NCBI GenBank assembly: GCA_964195905.1
Contig: CAXMQV010000128.1
Span: 459-64,458, forward strand
Length of the DNA stretch: 64,000 nucleotides
Direction: 5' to 3'
Source of the DNA: an uncultured Gammaproteobacteria bacterium
Lineage (GTDB): Bacteria > Actinomycetota > Acidimicrobiia > Spongiisociales > SHLN01
The notes below the pieces were generated by a model. It ran no database searches. It was not told the DNA's origin and saw only the letters and a list, made by a program, of their open reading frames with translations. Below, piece after piece: positions 9,387 to 17,640 of this stretch. The first letter of the stretch is position 1, and each line of letters opens with the position of its first letter. A program made the translations under genes and the position numbers.

Positions 9387-9749
9387 TCAGAAACTCTTTC
9401 CGAACGTCATGACGGCCCGGATGCCGAGACCCATGACGAACAGAAGGAGGAGGCCCCAGCGCAAGCCGGCCTTCTTGGCGAGCTGCGAGCGGTAGACGTA
9501 ACTGAACGTCAGAGTGAACAGAATGACGAACCCGTAGAACATGTGCGGACTGCCTGGGCGGCCGTCCTGGGTATACAAGTACACGCCGATCAGGACCTGA
9601 AGCACCATTGCCCCCATGGCGGCACCGCCGAACCACCAGAACCAGCCGGGGAGTTCGCGACGGAGAATGGCAACTATCAGCGCCAGGCCTGCCGCGTGAG
9701 CACTGAGCCCGATCGCCAACCATGCAAAACCTTCGTGGAATTCAGTCAT
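9387..9749 (-). CDS. Small integral membrane protein, function unknown
   Basis: 120 aa with four hydrophobic spans and no competing ORF. Confidence 0.6.
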   Translation of the reverse strand: MTEFHEGFAWLAIGLSAHAAGLALIVAILRRELPGWFWWFGGAAMGAMVLQVLIGVYLYTQDGRPGSPHMFYGFVILFTLTFSYVYRSQLAKKAGLRWGLLLLFVMGLGIRAVMTFGKSF

Positions 9750-9799
9750 GGAGAGAGGCTACATCCGGTTGCCGACCACGAAGCGCTTGCCGGTCATTC

Positions 9800-9820
9800 G
9801 TTGCCCGCTACCCGTTGCCC
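9800..9820. repeat. Heptamer array GTTGCCC GCTACCC GTTGCCC
   Basis: Read directly. Confidence 0.8.
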
Positions 9821-9883
9821 GACAGCGTTGCTCTGGTAGCGAGCTCGCAACGCGAGCTGGGAAAGATGTTCGGGTGCGGATGG

Positions 9884-9915
9884 CGGGGAGCGGGGAGCGG
9901 GGAGCGGGGAGCGGG
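9884..9915. repeat. Heptamer array (CGGGGAG)x4
   Basis: Read directly. Lies 15 nt upstream of the amidohydrolase start. Confidence 0.95.
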
Positions 9916-9929
9916 TTTAACCTCTGCTC

Positions 9930-11102
9930 ATGGCACGAGTAGCGATTACCGGGGCAACCCTCCTGGACGGCACGATGGCAGATGCCGCGGTGGGGCAAAC
10001 GATCATCTGGGAAACCGGTGTCATCTCCTGGATCGGGCCGGATTCGGAGGCAAACCTCGACCATTCACTACTCATCGCGGCCGACGGCGGGATCGTGCTT
10101 CCTGGCCTCATCGATTCGCATGTGCACATCAGCCTCGCCCCGACCCTGACCGGCATCTACGACATAGAGGAAGAGCCGGTGACGCGTTCGTTGATCAGGG
10201 CCGCCCACGGAGCCGGCCTGCTCTTGCGGGCCGGGATCACGACGGCCCGCGACGTCGGTAGCCGCGAGGGCGTCGCCATCGACATTGCCGCCGCTCAGCG
10301 CGACGGAGATCTAGCCGGAGCCCGGATCCTGGCTGCCGGCCGGGGCCTGACGCCCCCAGGCGGGCACGGTCAGGCGATGGCAGTTGAGGTCCGCGGAGCC
10401 GAGGAAGTTGCGGCCGCCGTCCGCGCCGAACACGAACGAGGCGCCGACCTCATCAAGCTATTCCCCACCGGCGGCGTCCTCGGGGCGGGCACCCATGGCT
10501 TCGACGTGGTGATGACACTCGAAGAGATGCGAGCCGCGGTGGAAACCGCCCACGAGCTCGACATCCACGTGGCCGCCCACGTCCATGGGACCGAGGGCAT
10601 TGAGATCGCCCTCGAGGCCGGCATCGACACGATCGAGCATGGGACGGGGGCGAGGCGGGAGCAATCGGAACGAATGCTCGAGGACGGTGTCGCACTCGTG
10701 CCGACCCTGGTGCCGCTCGTGGCACTTCGGCAACGTGAACTGGACCTGCCCCGGGATCTCATGAAGCGGGCCAATGAGGTGGCGGCCATCCAGTCCGAAT
10801 CAGTAGCCACCGCCATTGAGGTCGGTGTACGAGTACTGCCCGGAACCGATGCCGGCACTCCGTTCAATCCTCCAGGCCAACTCGTCCAGGAGATGGAGCT
10901 GCTCGTCGAACTCGGGATGAGCCCCCACGAAGTGATTGTGGCGGCGACCTCGGCCGCCGCCGACACGTTCGGATGGGACGACGTGGGCGTGCTCGCAATC
11001 GGCAATGTTGCCGACCTGCTTCTCGTCGATGACGATCCGATCGAGAACCTCGGCACGCTTTCCTGGCCGGCCACCATCATCCAAGACGGCGTCGTCATCT
11101 AG
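9930..11102 (+). CDS. Amidohydrolase-family metal-dependent hydrolase
   Basis: 390 aa; ..LPGLIDSHVHIS.. (HxH), ..VAAHVHG.., ..IEHG.., ..LPGTDAG.. fit the amidohydrolase_1 metal ligands. Confidence 0.85.
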   Translation: MARVAITGATLLDGTMADAAVGQTIIWETGVISWIGPDSEANLDHSLLIAADGGIVLPGLIDSHVHISLAPTLTGIYDIEEEPVTRSLIRAAHGAGLLLRAGITTARDVGSREGVAIDIAAAQRDGDLAGARILAAGRGLTPPGGHGQAMAVEVRGAEEVAAAVRAEHERGADLIKLFPTGGVLGAGTHGFDVVMTLEEMRAAVETAHELDIHVAAHVHGTEGIEIALEAGIDTIEHGTGARREQSERMLEDGVALVPTLVPLVALRQRELDLPRDLMKRANEVAAIQSESVATAIEVGVRVLPGTDAGTPFNPPGQLVQEMELLVELGMSPHEVIVAATSAAADTFGWDDVGVLAIGNVADLLLVDDDPIENLGTLSWPATIIQDGVVI

Positions 11103-11110
11103 GAGCACGA

Positions 11111-11386
11111 ATGGGGCGCTTGGAACGACGACTCTTGACTATCGGCGATCAGCTCGACGATCTCCGGGAGGAGGAGCGGCTCCTCACCGAGGAGCTCGCC
11201 TATCACCGATCCCTGGCCGATGACGCCGCCCGAGACGCCGCCGTATTCGACGACCCGATCGAACGGGAGAACGCCGCCATGACCTCGGGTGATGTTCAAC
11301 GATCCGAGCGCCGCCTCGAGAAGCTCGCCGACCGGCGCCAGAAACTCGAAACCCGCCGGGCTCGGTGGCTGGAGAAGCTGGAGTAA
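11111..11386 (+). CDS. Hypothetical coiled-coil protein
   Basis: 91 aa, charged heptad-like sequence. Starts 9 nt after the amidohydrolase stop. Confidence 0.5.
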   Translation: MGRLERRLLTIGDQLDDLREEERLLTEELAYHRSLADDAARDAAVFDDPIERENAAMTSGDVQRSERRLEKLADRRQKLETRRARWLEKLE

Positions 11387-11407
11387 CCAGACCCCAGACC
11401 CCAGATG
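11387..11407. repeat. Heptamer array (CCAGACC)x2 plus CCAGATG
   Basis: Starts at the stop codon of the 11111-11386 gene. Confidence 0.85.
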
Positions 11408-11428
11408 AAGCGTGTCGTAGCTCTTGCT

Positions 11429-11477
11429 GGTGACCGGTGACCGGTGACCGGTGACCGGGGACCGGGGACTGGTCGCC
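11429..11477. repeat. Heptamer array (GGTGACC)x4, GGGGACC, GGGGACT, GGTCGCC
   Basis: Seven in-phase units. Reverse complement of the GTCACCG family. Confidence 0.95.
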
Positions 11478-11487
11478 CGCAGGCCGC

Positions 11488-12087
11488 CTAGATCTCTTCC
11501 AGGAGCTTTGCCTTTTTGGAGGCGAACTCCTCGTCGGTGAGGACTCCGTCGGCGTGGAGTCGGGCGAGGGTTGCAAGCGTGTCAGATGGGGACTCAGACG
11601 AGGAAAGTGCCCTGGTCCGGTCCTCACGCACCCGATAGAGCTGGGCCTGGAACTCGTCGGGTTTCGGGATATTCGAGAAGCGGCTCTGTCCCATTTCGCC
11701 TGCCGATTCGATAATGAGGTCACCGAAGCCCAGCAGCCGCTCGAACACCGTCTGGGAGAAGATCACGTCGTTGATGACTTCGAGGGGTATCTCAACCCCA
11801 CTGCGGGCGATGATGCCTTTGCGCAGGACAAGGCGCTCGTTGGTGAGCACGAATTGGGTGTACCACCAGCGGAGGGTGGGGACCGCCGCAACGACGATCC
11901 AGCCGAGCACGAGGATGGCGGTCACACCGGCCCGCAGCCAGACTTCCTCGGGAAGCCTTGGAACCAGCGCGATTCCGATCACGACGAACACCGTCCACAA
12001 GGCCGGGATAACGAGCGACTTCCAATGGGGTCGAAACGAGCGCAGGACTTCTTCCCCATCGCTGAGGAGTGACTCGGGATACTTCAT
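11488..12087 (-). CDS. Membrane protein with a bacterial PH (YdbT-like) domain and a C-terminal SHOCT domain
   Basis: Two TM spans, then ..YTQFVLTNERLVLRKGIIARSGVEIPL.. (bPH_2-like). C-terminus LARLHADGVLTDEEFASKKAKLLEEI is SHOCT-like. Confidence 0.75.
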   Translation of the reverse strand: MKYPESLLSDGEEVLRSFRPHWKSLVIPALWTVFVVIGIALVPRLPEEVWLRAGVTAILVLGWIVVAAVPTLRWWYTQFVLTNERLVLRKGIIARSGVEIPLEVINDVIFSQTVFERLLGFGDLIIESAGEMGQSRFSNIPKPDEFQAQLYRVREDRTRALSSSESPSDTLATLARLHADGVLTDEEFASKKAKLLEEI

Positions 12088-12141
12088 GATGCGATCTTAC
12101 GACCGTGAGGCCAGCAGTGCGGCCCGAGCTATTCTGCGCAA

Positions 12142-14085
12142 ATGCTCTACGACTACACCCAAACCACGCCCGCCGCCGTGAGGCGCATCACCGACACGGC
12201 AATCGCGGACGCCAACCGGCTCATCGATACGGTCGTCGCCGTCGACGGTCCAAACACGATCGCCAACACACTCCTCCCGCTCAACGAGGCGGTCGCCGTA
12301 ATCGGAGAGGGGTACGGCCAGGGCGCCTTCATGGCACGGGTCCACCTCGAGGAGTCGGTCCGGGTCGCCGCCACCGACGAAGAGGAGAGGATCAACAAGT
12401 GGGGCATCGACGTGGTGTTCCGATCCGATCTCTACGCCGCCCTGCGCCGCCTCGCCGACAGTGAACCTGCGGCGACCGCCGAACAGCTCCGCCTCCTGGA
12501 CTTCTGGATGCGAGATTTCAGACGGGCCGGTCACGAGCTGGAGGCCGGGGAACGAATCGAGCTCAAGGCGCTCAAGGAGCGGCTCGTTGAACTCGAGGTG
12601 GCTTTCAGCGCCAACGTCGACGCCCACTCGGACCACATCGAAGTCACCAGAGAGGAGCTGGACGGGCTTCCCGACTCCTACATCGACGCCCTCAAGCCGG
12701 GCGATGCCGACGGCACCTATCGGGTCACCCTCGACTACCCGGACCTCTACCCCTTCCTGCAAAACGCCACCAACCGCGCCTGTCGCCAAGAGTTGTCTCG
12801 GAAGAACAACACTTCGGTGGTCGAGGAGAATCGCCCACTCCTTGAGGAAGCACTCGGTCTGCGTCGCCGGATCGCCCAGCTGGTCGGATACGAGTCGTGG
12901 GCCCACCACAGCATGGACGTCAAGATGGCCGATCCGGGTCGGGTCGAGAAGTTCTACGCCGATCTCGTGCCCCGTTTGAAGGAGAAAGTGAAGGCCGAGC
13001 ACGAGAAAATGCGCGGGAGGCTGGCCGACGAGTACGGCGACAACACGCTTCAGCAGTGGGACATCAACTACTACAGCACCCAGATCCGCCGGGACGAGTA
13101 CGGCGTTGATCAGTACGAGGTCGCCAACTACTTCCCGCTCGAAGCCGTCATCGACGGAATGCTTGACCTCACCGCCGAGATGTTCGGCGTCACGTACGTC
13201 CGCCAGGAGGACCCGAAAGCCTGGCACCCCGACGTCTATCTCTATCAGGTGGCCGACAGCACCAGCGGCGACCACCTCGCCTACTTCTACATGGACCTGT
13301 TCCCCCGTGAGGGCAAATACGGCCACGCCGCCGCGTTCGACCTGGTCGGCGGCCACACCAACCTGGCGGGAGAGAAGGTCCGGCCGGTCGCCGCCATGGT
13401 GGCAAATTTCACGAAACCGACAGGGGACGCTCCGTCGTTGCTGCGCCATGATGAGGTGCTGACGCTGTTCCACGAGTTCGGTCACATACTTCATCAGACA
13501 CTGACTCAGGCCGAGACGGTCCGATTCTCGGGCGCCAACACCGAGTGGGACTTCGTTGAGGCTCCCAGCCAGATCATGGAGCACTGGACCTGGGAGCCGG
13601 ACGTATTGGCCCGCTTCTCCCGTCACTACCAGACCGGTGGGCGGATCCCCGAGGAGCTCGTTGGCCAACTCGTAGCCGCTCGTGACGTGAATATCGCGGC
13701 CGCGAGCTTGCGCCAGGCCTACTTCGGCATCTTCGATTTGCTGCTCCATGACGACGCAGAACAACGCGACCTCGATGCCCTCGATCGGCAGGCATTTGAA
13801 GTCAACGAGCTCCCATTCCCCGAAGGAACCTTCTTCGCGGCCAGCTGGGGCCACATCATGGGCGGCTACGACGCCGGCTACTACGGCTACCTTTGGTCGA
13901 TGGTGTTCGGCGACGACATGTACAGCCGATTCCAGGCCGAAGGAATTCTCAACCCGGCGGTGGGACGCGCTTACCGGTCGGTCATCCTCGAACAGGGCGG
14001 CAGCAAGGACGCCGACACGCTCCTCGTTGAATTCCTCGGACGCGAGCCGAACAACGAGGCCTTCCTCGCCAATCTGGGTCTTTAG
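12142..14085 (+). CDS. M3-family zinc metallopeptidase (oligopeptidase / peptidyl-dipeptidase Dcp-like)
   Basis: 647 aa with HEFGH zinc motif (..TLFHEFGHILHQ..) and downstream ..EAPSQIMEHW.. Confidence 0.9.
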   Translation: MLYDYTQTTPAAVRRITDTAIADANRLIDTVVAVDGPNTIANTLLPLNEAVAVIGEGYGQGAFMARVHLEESVRVAATDEEERINKWGIDVVFRSDLYAALRRLADSEPAATAEQLRLLDFWMRDFRRAGHELEAGERIELKALKERLVELEVAFSANVDAHSDHIEVTREELDGLPDSYIDALKPGDADGTYRVTLDYPDLYPFLQNATNRACRQELSRKNNTSVVEENRPLLEEALGLRRRIAQLVGYESWAHHSMDVKMADPGRVEKFYADLVPRLKEKVKAEHEKMRGRLADEYGDNTLQQWDINYYSTQIRRDEYGVDQYEVANYFPLEAVIDGMLDLTAEMFGVTYVRQEDPKAWHPDVYLYQVADSTSGDHLAYFYMDLFPREGKYGHAAAFDLVGGHTNLAGEKVRPVAAMVANFTKPTGDAPSLLRHDEVLTLFHEFGHILHQTLTQAETVRFSGANTEWDFVEAPSQIMEHWTWEPDVLARFSRHYQTGGRIPEELVGQLVAARDVNIAAASLRQAYFGIFDLLLHDDAEQRDLDALDRQAFEVNELPFPEGTFFAASWGHIMGGYDAGYYGYLWSMVFGDDMYSRFQAEGILNPAVGRAYRSVILEQGGSKDADTLLVEFLGREPNNEAFLANLGL

Positions 14086-14162
14086 CGGCCAAAAGGCGCC
14101 TCCAGTCTTAGGGGGAACCGGGCGTCGCTCCCGAGCGTCTGTTCTGTAGCGGCATCCAGAGA

Positions 14163-14852
14163 TTGGAACTCTCGCTAATGAGCTGGGAGCAAACCATTCC
14201 GATACGGCCTCGGGCAGTACCAGCCGCGCGCCCCCTCAGACTCTTGAGTGGGGAGCGATGGATGCTCCTGTCCCTCGTATCCGTCTTGATGGCCCTCATC
14301 GCCGTCAGCGCGTTGGGCCGGGTCGCCGCAGGCCTGACGTTGTCCCGACCGCTCCCCGATCTAGTGGCGGCCATCAACGAGGGGGACACGGCGGCCGTCT
14401 CGGCGCTACTGCTCGACGACTCCGAAACCTGGACGGTCCGGACTGATTGGTTGGCGGCCACCGGCGCAGTGATCAGTTTGAGTTCCTGCAATCCTGGCAC
14501 CGGCACATCGGTCACCTGCGCAGTTCGCTTCGGAAACGACTGGTTCTACAACCAGGCGGCGCCGCCCGAGGTGGCCCGGCAGGGCTCATTCGGCACGGTC
14601 CTCACCGTCGAGATCGAAGGCGATCAGATTCGTACGATCGACTTCCCGCTCCCGGCCGGGCTCAGCGCAGTGGAAGAGCCCTTCTACCAATGGGTATCGC
14701 GAGCCGACCCCACGTCGGTTGAGTCGATGTGGCGCCGACCGGGAGTCAAAGCCGAATTGTGGATAGATGCCAAAGCCGGGGAGGCACACCGGTCATTGCT
14801 AGACGAGTACGTCGGATACCTCCACGAGTCCCTCCTACACACCCCCGGATAG
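14163..14852 (+). CDS. Hypothetical membrane-anchored protein (possible NTF2/SnoaL-like ectodomain)
   Basis: One TM span (LLSLVSVLMALIAVSAL), then ..AAINEGDTAAVSALLLDD... The start codon is uncertain. Confidence 0.5.
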   Translation: MELSLMSWEQTIPIRPRAVPAARPLRLLSGERWMLLSLVSVLMALIAVSALGRVAAGLTLSRPLPDLVAAINEGDTAAVSALLLDDSETWTVRTDWLAATGAVISLSSCNPGTGTSVTCAVRFGNDWFYNQAAPPEVARQGSFGTVLTVEIEGDQIRTIDFPLPAGLSAVEEPFYQWVSRADPTSVESMWRRPGVKAELWIDAKAGEAHRSLLDEYVGYLHESLLHTPG

Positions 14853-14862
14853 GATCTCCGAC

Positions 14863-15336
14863 TCACCGGCTCCCGAATACCGGCCGTCGGTTCACCGGTC
14901 TCTGACCGGAACGGCGTCTTGGCGCGGCCCGGCCGGGCACATCGGGAAGCCCGGCGTCCGGACGGGGCCGGACCTCCCTCAGGGGAGCGTCTGAGATCGG
15001 GCCCTCGACGTCTGCGGCAGCCAGCACCCGCTCGACCGGGCCCCCGCTTCTCAGGAATTTGAGGGGCGTGGAGAAGTCGAGAGATCGATTGGACCGAACC
15101 AGCCAATCGGCGATCTCGATATCGCCATGCGTTCTCTTCATGAGGTGCACCACGGAACCCAGTTCGGGTCGCACACCGTCGCGATCGAATTGAAATGCGA
15201 AGTAGGCCTCCTGGAGCCATCTGCCCTCGACTCTGAGGAGGTCCGGTCGGTGAACGATGAGCTGCGCAGGCACCCCTGCTCGCCGGGCTGCCTGCGCTCG
15301 CGTCAGAAAGGGTCCTTTCAGGATTCGCTCGGTCAC
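14863..15336 (-). CDS. HTH-like plus DUF2384-like (Xre/MbcA/ParS antitoxin-type) protein
   Basis: N-terminal LTRAQAARRAGVPAQLI (HTH-like). Central ..DWLVRSNRSLDFSTPLKFLRSGGPVERVLAAA resembles the toxin-binding domain of ParS/MbcA antitoxins. 4-nt start/stop overlap with the upstream gene. Confidence 0.55.
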   Translation of the reverse strand: MTERILKGPFLTRAQAARRAGVPAQLIVHRPDLLRVEGRWLQEAYFAFQFDRDGVRPELGSVVHLMKRTHGDIEIADWLVRSNRSLDFSTPLKFLRSGGPVERVLAAADVEGPISDAPLREVRPRPDAGLPDVPGRAAPRRRSGQRPVNRRPVFGSR

Positions 15337-16085
15337 GCCCGGATCTCATTCCGGTGCTCGGCGGCCTGGTGTCGCAGCGTTGCCACAACAGATTCGGCAA
15401 TGGCACCAATCGGCATCCGTCCGGTATTCCAGATCGCGTCGTATCGCGTTGGATCGTCGATGTCGACCCGGAAGTGAGCTTTCAACAGGCGCGCCCGGGA
15501 CGAGTCGATTCTGCGAGCTTCGTCGCGGGCGGAGCGCTCCTCGAACCCGTAGTACTCCATGACCCTCCGGATCCGGGTTTCCTCAGGAGCGATGAGGCGA
15601 AGCGAAAGACCCTGGCCCATGTCCCTCGTGACTTCCGAGCCGGCCCGCCCGACGATGATGCTCTTGCCGATGGAAGCCACTGCTGTCACTACCTGAAATA
15701 CGTGCAGCATCAACATGTCCTGGTCGATGCTCGAGCCGAGCATCTGACGGAGGAACTCGTCGGTCCTGGTGCGGTACTCCTCGGCGACCAGCGACGCCAT
15801 CGACTTCGAGAAGGTGGGGTTCTCGGCAACGATCTCGCAGAGCCGGCGGTCGAAGACCTGCCACCCCCCGAAGACTTGCGCGTCGTCCTGGCGAGCAAAC
15901 ACCTCGAGCAGCGTCTCGGCCAGCAGGTGCCCTCCCGCCCCTGCTTGTCGCGAGATGGTGATGAACGGCCGGGCGCCTGGCTCCGAACCGTGGTCCTCTG
16001 AACGCAGCTCGGCCGCGTGAGCTGCCAGATAGCCCTCCATGGCCGTCAGCCGGTTCGTGCCGCGTGCTTTTGTGGTCTTGTCCAT
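15333..16085 (-). CDS. Cytidylate-kinase-like family protein (Cytidylate_kin2 type, degenerate P-loop)
   Basis: ..PFITISRQAGAGGHLLAETL.., ..IIVGRAGSEV.., ..LRLIAPEETRIRRVMEYYG..ARRIDSSRARLLKAHF.. fit the family pattern. Start taken at the ATG at 16085; a TTG at 16094 is possible. Confidence 0.8.
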   Translation of the reverse strand: MDKTTKARGTNRLTAMEGYLAAHAAELRSEDHGSEPGARPFITISRQAGAGGHLLAETLLEVFARQDDAQVFGGWQVFDRRLCEIVAENPTFSKSMASLVAEEYRTRTDEFLRQMLGSSIDQDMLMLHVFQVVTAVASIGKSIIVGRAGSEVTRDMGQGLSLRLIAPEETRIRRVMEYYGFEERSARDEARRIDSSRARLLKAHFRVDIDDPTRYDAIWNTGRMPIGAIAESVVATLRHQAAEHRNEIRA

Positions 16086-16559
16086 CAACCACAAGCATCG
16101 GTCTCTTGGTGCCGGATGCGCCAGGGGCAGGTGGCACCATCCGAAGGGCCGAAGCTACTTTGGTTGAAAAGCCAAAATCGTCCGAGGACCCAAGATCCCA
16201 GACCCCAGACCCCAGACCAGCGGGCCACGGCAACCCCCCGGCAACCCGAAGGCGTTGCCGGGGTCTTGGAACAGTCGGACGCGGAAAACCCCGGTTGAGC
16301 GTCGGCCGAAACCTTCGCCCCTCCGGGGCTTCCGTCCGAAGCGGCCCGAGGGCTGCTCCGATTCCTCTCCGTTTGGCCGAAGCCTCCCGGTGAGGGACCT
16401 CTCTGGTCGGCCGAAACCTTCCTTCGAGGTAGTGGCTTCGCCAGCGTCCGAGTGAGCCCGAAGGCCCTCTTGGCCGTTCCCCTTGCGGGGCGTCCGACGA
16501 AGCCGCTCCTCCGACCCTTGCGAGCCTTCGGAGCGTGTGTTGAGGTTTCCCTCAGCACT
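16086..16559 (-). ncRNA. Candidate long structured 5' leader of the cytidylate-kinase-like operon
   Basis: Lies between the predicted promoter (16566-16594) and the start codon, with no credible ORF. Minus-strand hairpins ggcUUCGgcc (16375-16384), gccUUCGggc (within 16456-16467) and ccccGCAAgggg (16479-16490). Contains a (GTCTGGG)3 array. Confidence 0.3.
16190..16217. repeat. Heptamer tandem array: ccaagat cccagac x3
   Basis: Four in-phase 7-nt units read directly from the sequence. Confidence 0.9.
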
Positions 16560-16565
16560 TGAAAG

Positions 16566-16594
16566 AATCTACAGGGCCGTCATCGTTGCGTCAA
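16566..16594 (-). promoter_or_regulatory. Putative sigma-A-type promoter TTGACG-N17-TAGATT (minus strand)
   Basis: Reverse complement of 16561-16600 reads ctgagtTTGACGcaacgatgacggccctgTAGATTctttc. It sits in an AT-rich island in otherwise GC-rich DNA. Confidence 0.5.
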
Positions 16595-16610
16595 ACTCAG
16601 GGGCTACCTA

Positions 16611-16639
16611 GTTTTCGCGCTCTAGAAGTAGTTTTCGCG
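16611..16639 (-). promoter_or_regulatory. Two direct repeats CGCGAAAAC (minus-strand reading), 20-nt spacing, 16 nt upstream of the -35
   Basis: Plus strand shows GTTTTCGCG at 16611-16619 and 16631-16639. The same motif and spacing occur at 18472-18524. Confidence 0.45.
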
Positions 16640-16703
16640 GGGACATCGGAACTCTGGACTCGATGCCGCAATCGACACCCGTCGACTCCTACTCTCAGGA
16701 CCG

Positions 16704-17591
16704 ATGGGCGATTTCTTGAGCGATCCGGAACACCAGTGGCAGGTTCGAATGCTTGCCACGCTAGCGGTCCTGATTGCCACCATCATCGTCCGGCTCTTCG
16801 TCCTGAGGATGGTGCGCCGTCGGGTCGTAGACACCGAGATCTGGTACCGCACCCAGAAGGTAACGAGCTACGCGGGTACATTCATCGTCCTCCTTGTCAC
16901 GAGCTTCGTGTGGCTCCGGGTCAGCAATGTCGGCGCTTGGATCGGCGTGGCGTCTGCCGGTATCGCAATCGCACTGGCCGACGTTCTCCGGAATTTCGTC
17001 GGTCTCAGCTACATCCTGATCCGCCGTCCCTTCAAGATCGGCGATCGGATCGAAATCGACGGCCAAGCAGGCGACGTCGTCGACGTGCGGGCGCAGCGGT
17101 TCTCGCTGCTCGAGATAAAGGGATGGGTCGACGCCGACCAGTCGACCGGCCGCATCATTCAGATCCCGAATGGTCTGCTATTCAGCAAGCCGCTCGCCAA
17201 TTACACCGAAGGCTTCCCCTACATCTGGCACGAGATCCCGATGCTCGTTACCTTTGAGTCCGACTGGAAGCGGGCCGAAGCACTGATGACCGAGGCGCTC
17301 GGCGAGCACGCTCCCAGCATGGCGTCGGAGGAGGCCCGCAAGGCCATCCGGGAGGCGGCCACCGAGTATCGGATCCGCTACACCCATCTCACGCCCACAA
17401 CGTATGTGACTGTCAAAGACAGCGGCGTGATGATCACCGGCCGCGCCATCATTCCGGTCAGGTCGCGCCGCCACGTTGACTCCACCATCTGGCGGTCGCT
17501 GTTAGAGAAGCTCGACGCCGAGCCGAGTGTGGAGCTCGCGTATCCGACGGTACGGACGTATTTGCCGGAGCTGAGGGTCACGCGACAGTAG
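16704..17591 (+). CDS. Mechanosensitive ion channel family protein (MscS-like)
   Basis: 295 aa, three N-terminal TM spans, then ..RRPFKIGDRIEIDGQAGDVVDVRAQRFSLLE..GRIIQIPNGLLFSKPLANYT.., the MscS beta-domain signature. Confidence 0.9.
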   Translation: MGDFLSDPEHQWQVRMLATLAVLIATIIVRLFVLRMVRRRVVDTEIWYRTQKVTSYAGTFIVLLVTSFVWLRVSNVGAWIGVASAGIAIALADVLRNFVGLSYILIRRPFKIGDRIEIDGQAGDVVDVRAQRFSLLEIKGWVDADQSTGRIIQIPNGLLFSKPLANYTEGFPYIWHEIPMLVTFESDWKRAEALMTEALGEHAPSMASEEARKAIREAATEYRIRYTHLTPTTYVTVKDSGVMITGRAIIPVRSRRHVDSTIWRSLLEKLDAEPSVELAYPTVRTYLPELRVTRQ

Positions 17592-17640
17592 GCATCCGGC
17601 ATCCGGCATCCGGCATCCGGCATCCGGCATCCGGCATCCG
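17592..17640. repeat. Heptamer tandem array (GCATCCG)x7
   Basis: Seven perfect units beginning one nt after the mscS stop codon. Confidence 0.95.

Noticed and set aside
12097-13854. A 585-aa minus-strand ORF, the second-longest ORF in this part of the window.
   Set aside because: It lies entirely antisense to the M3 peptidase gene, which has an HEFGH motif. Its translation is Gly/Val/Glu/Arg-rich with no domain. It is a typical shadow ORF of GC-rich DNA. The same reasoning applies to 440-1288(+), 20356-21207(-), 32093-33043(+), 61978-63087(+), 37087-38019(+) and similar ORFs.
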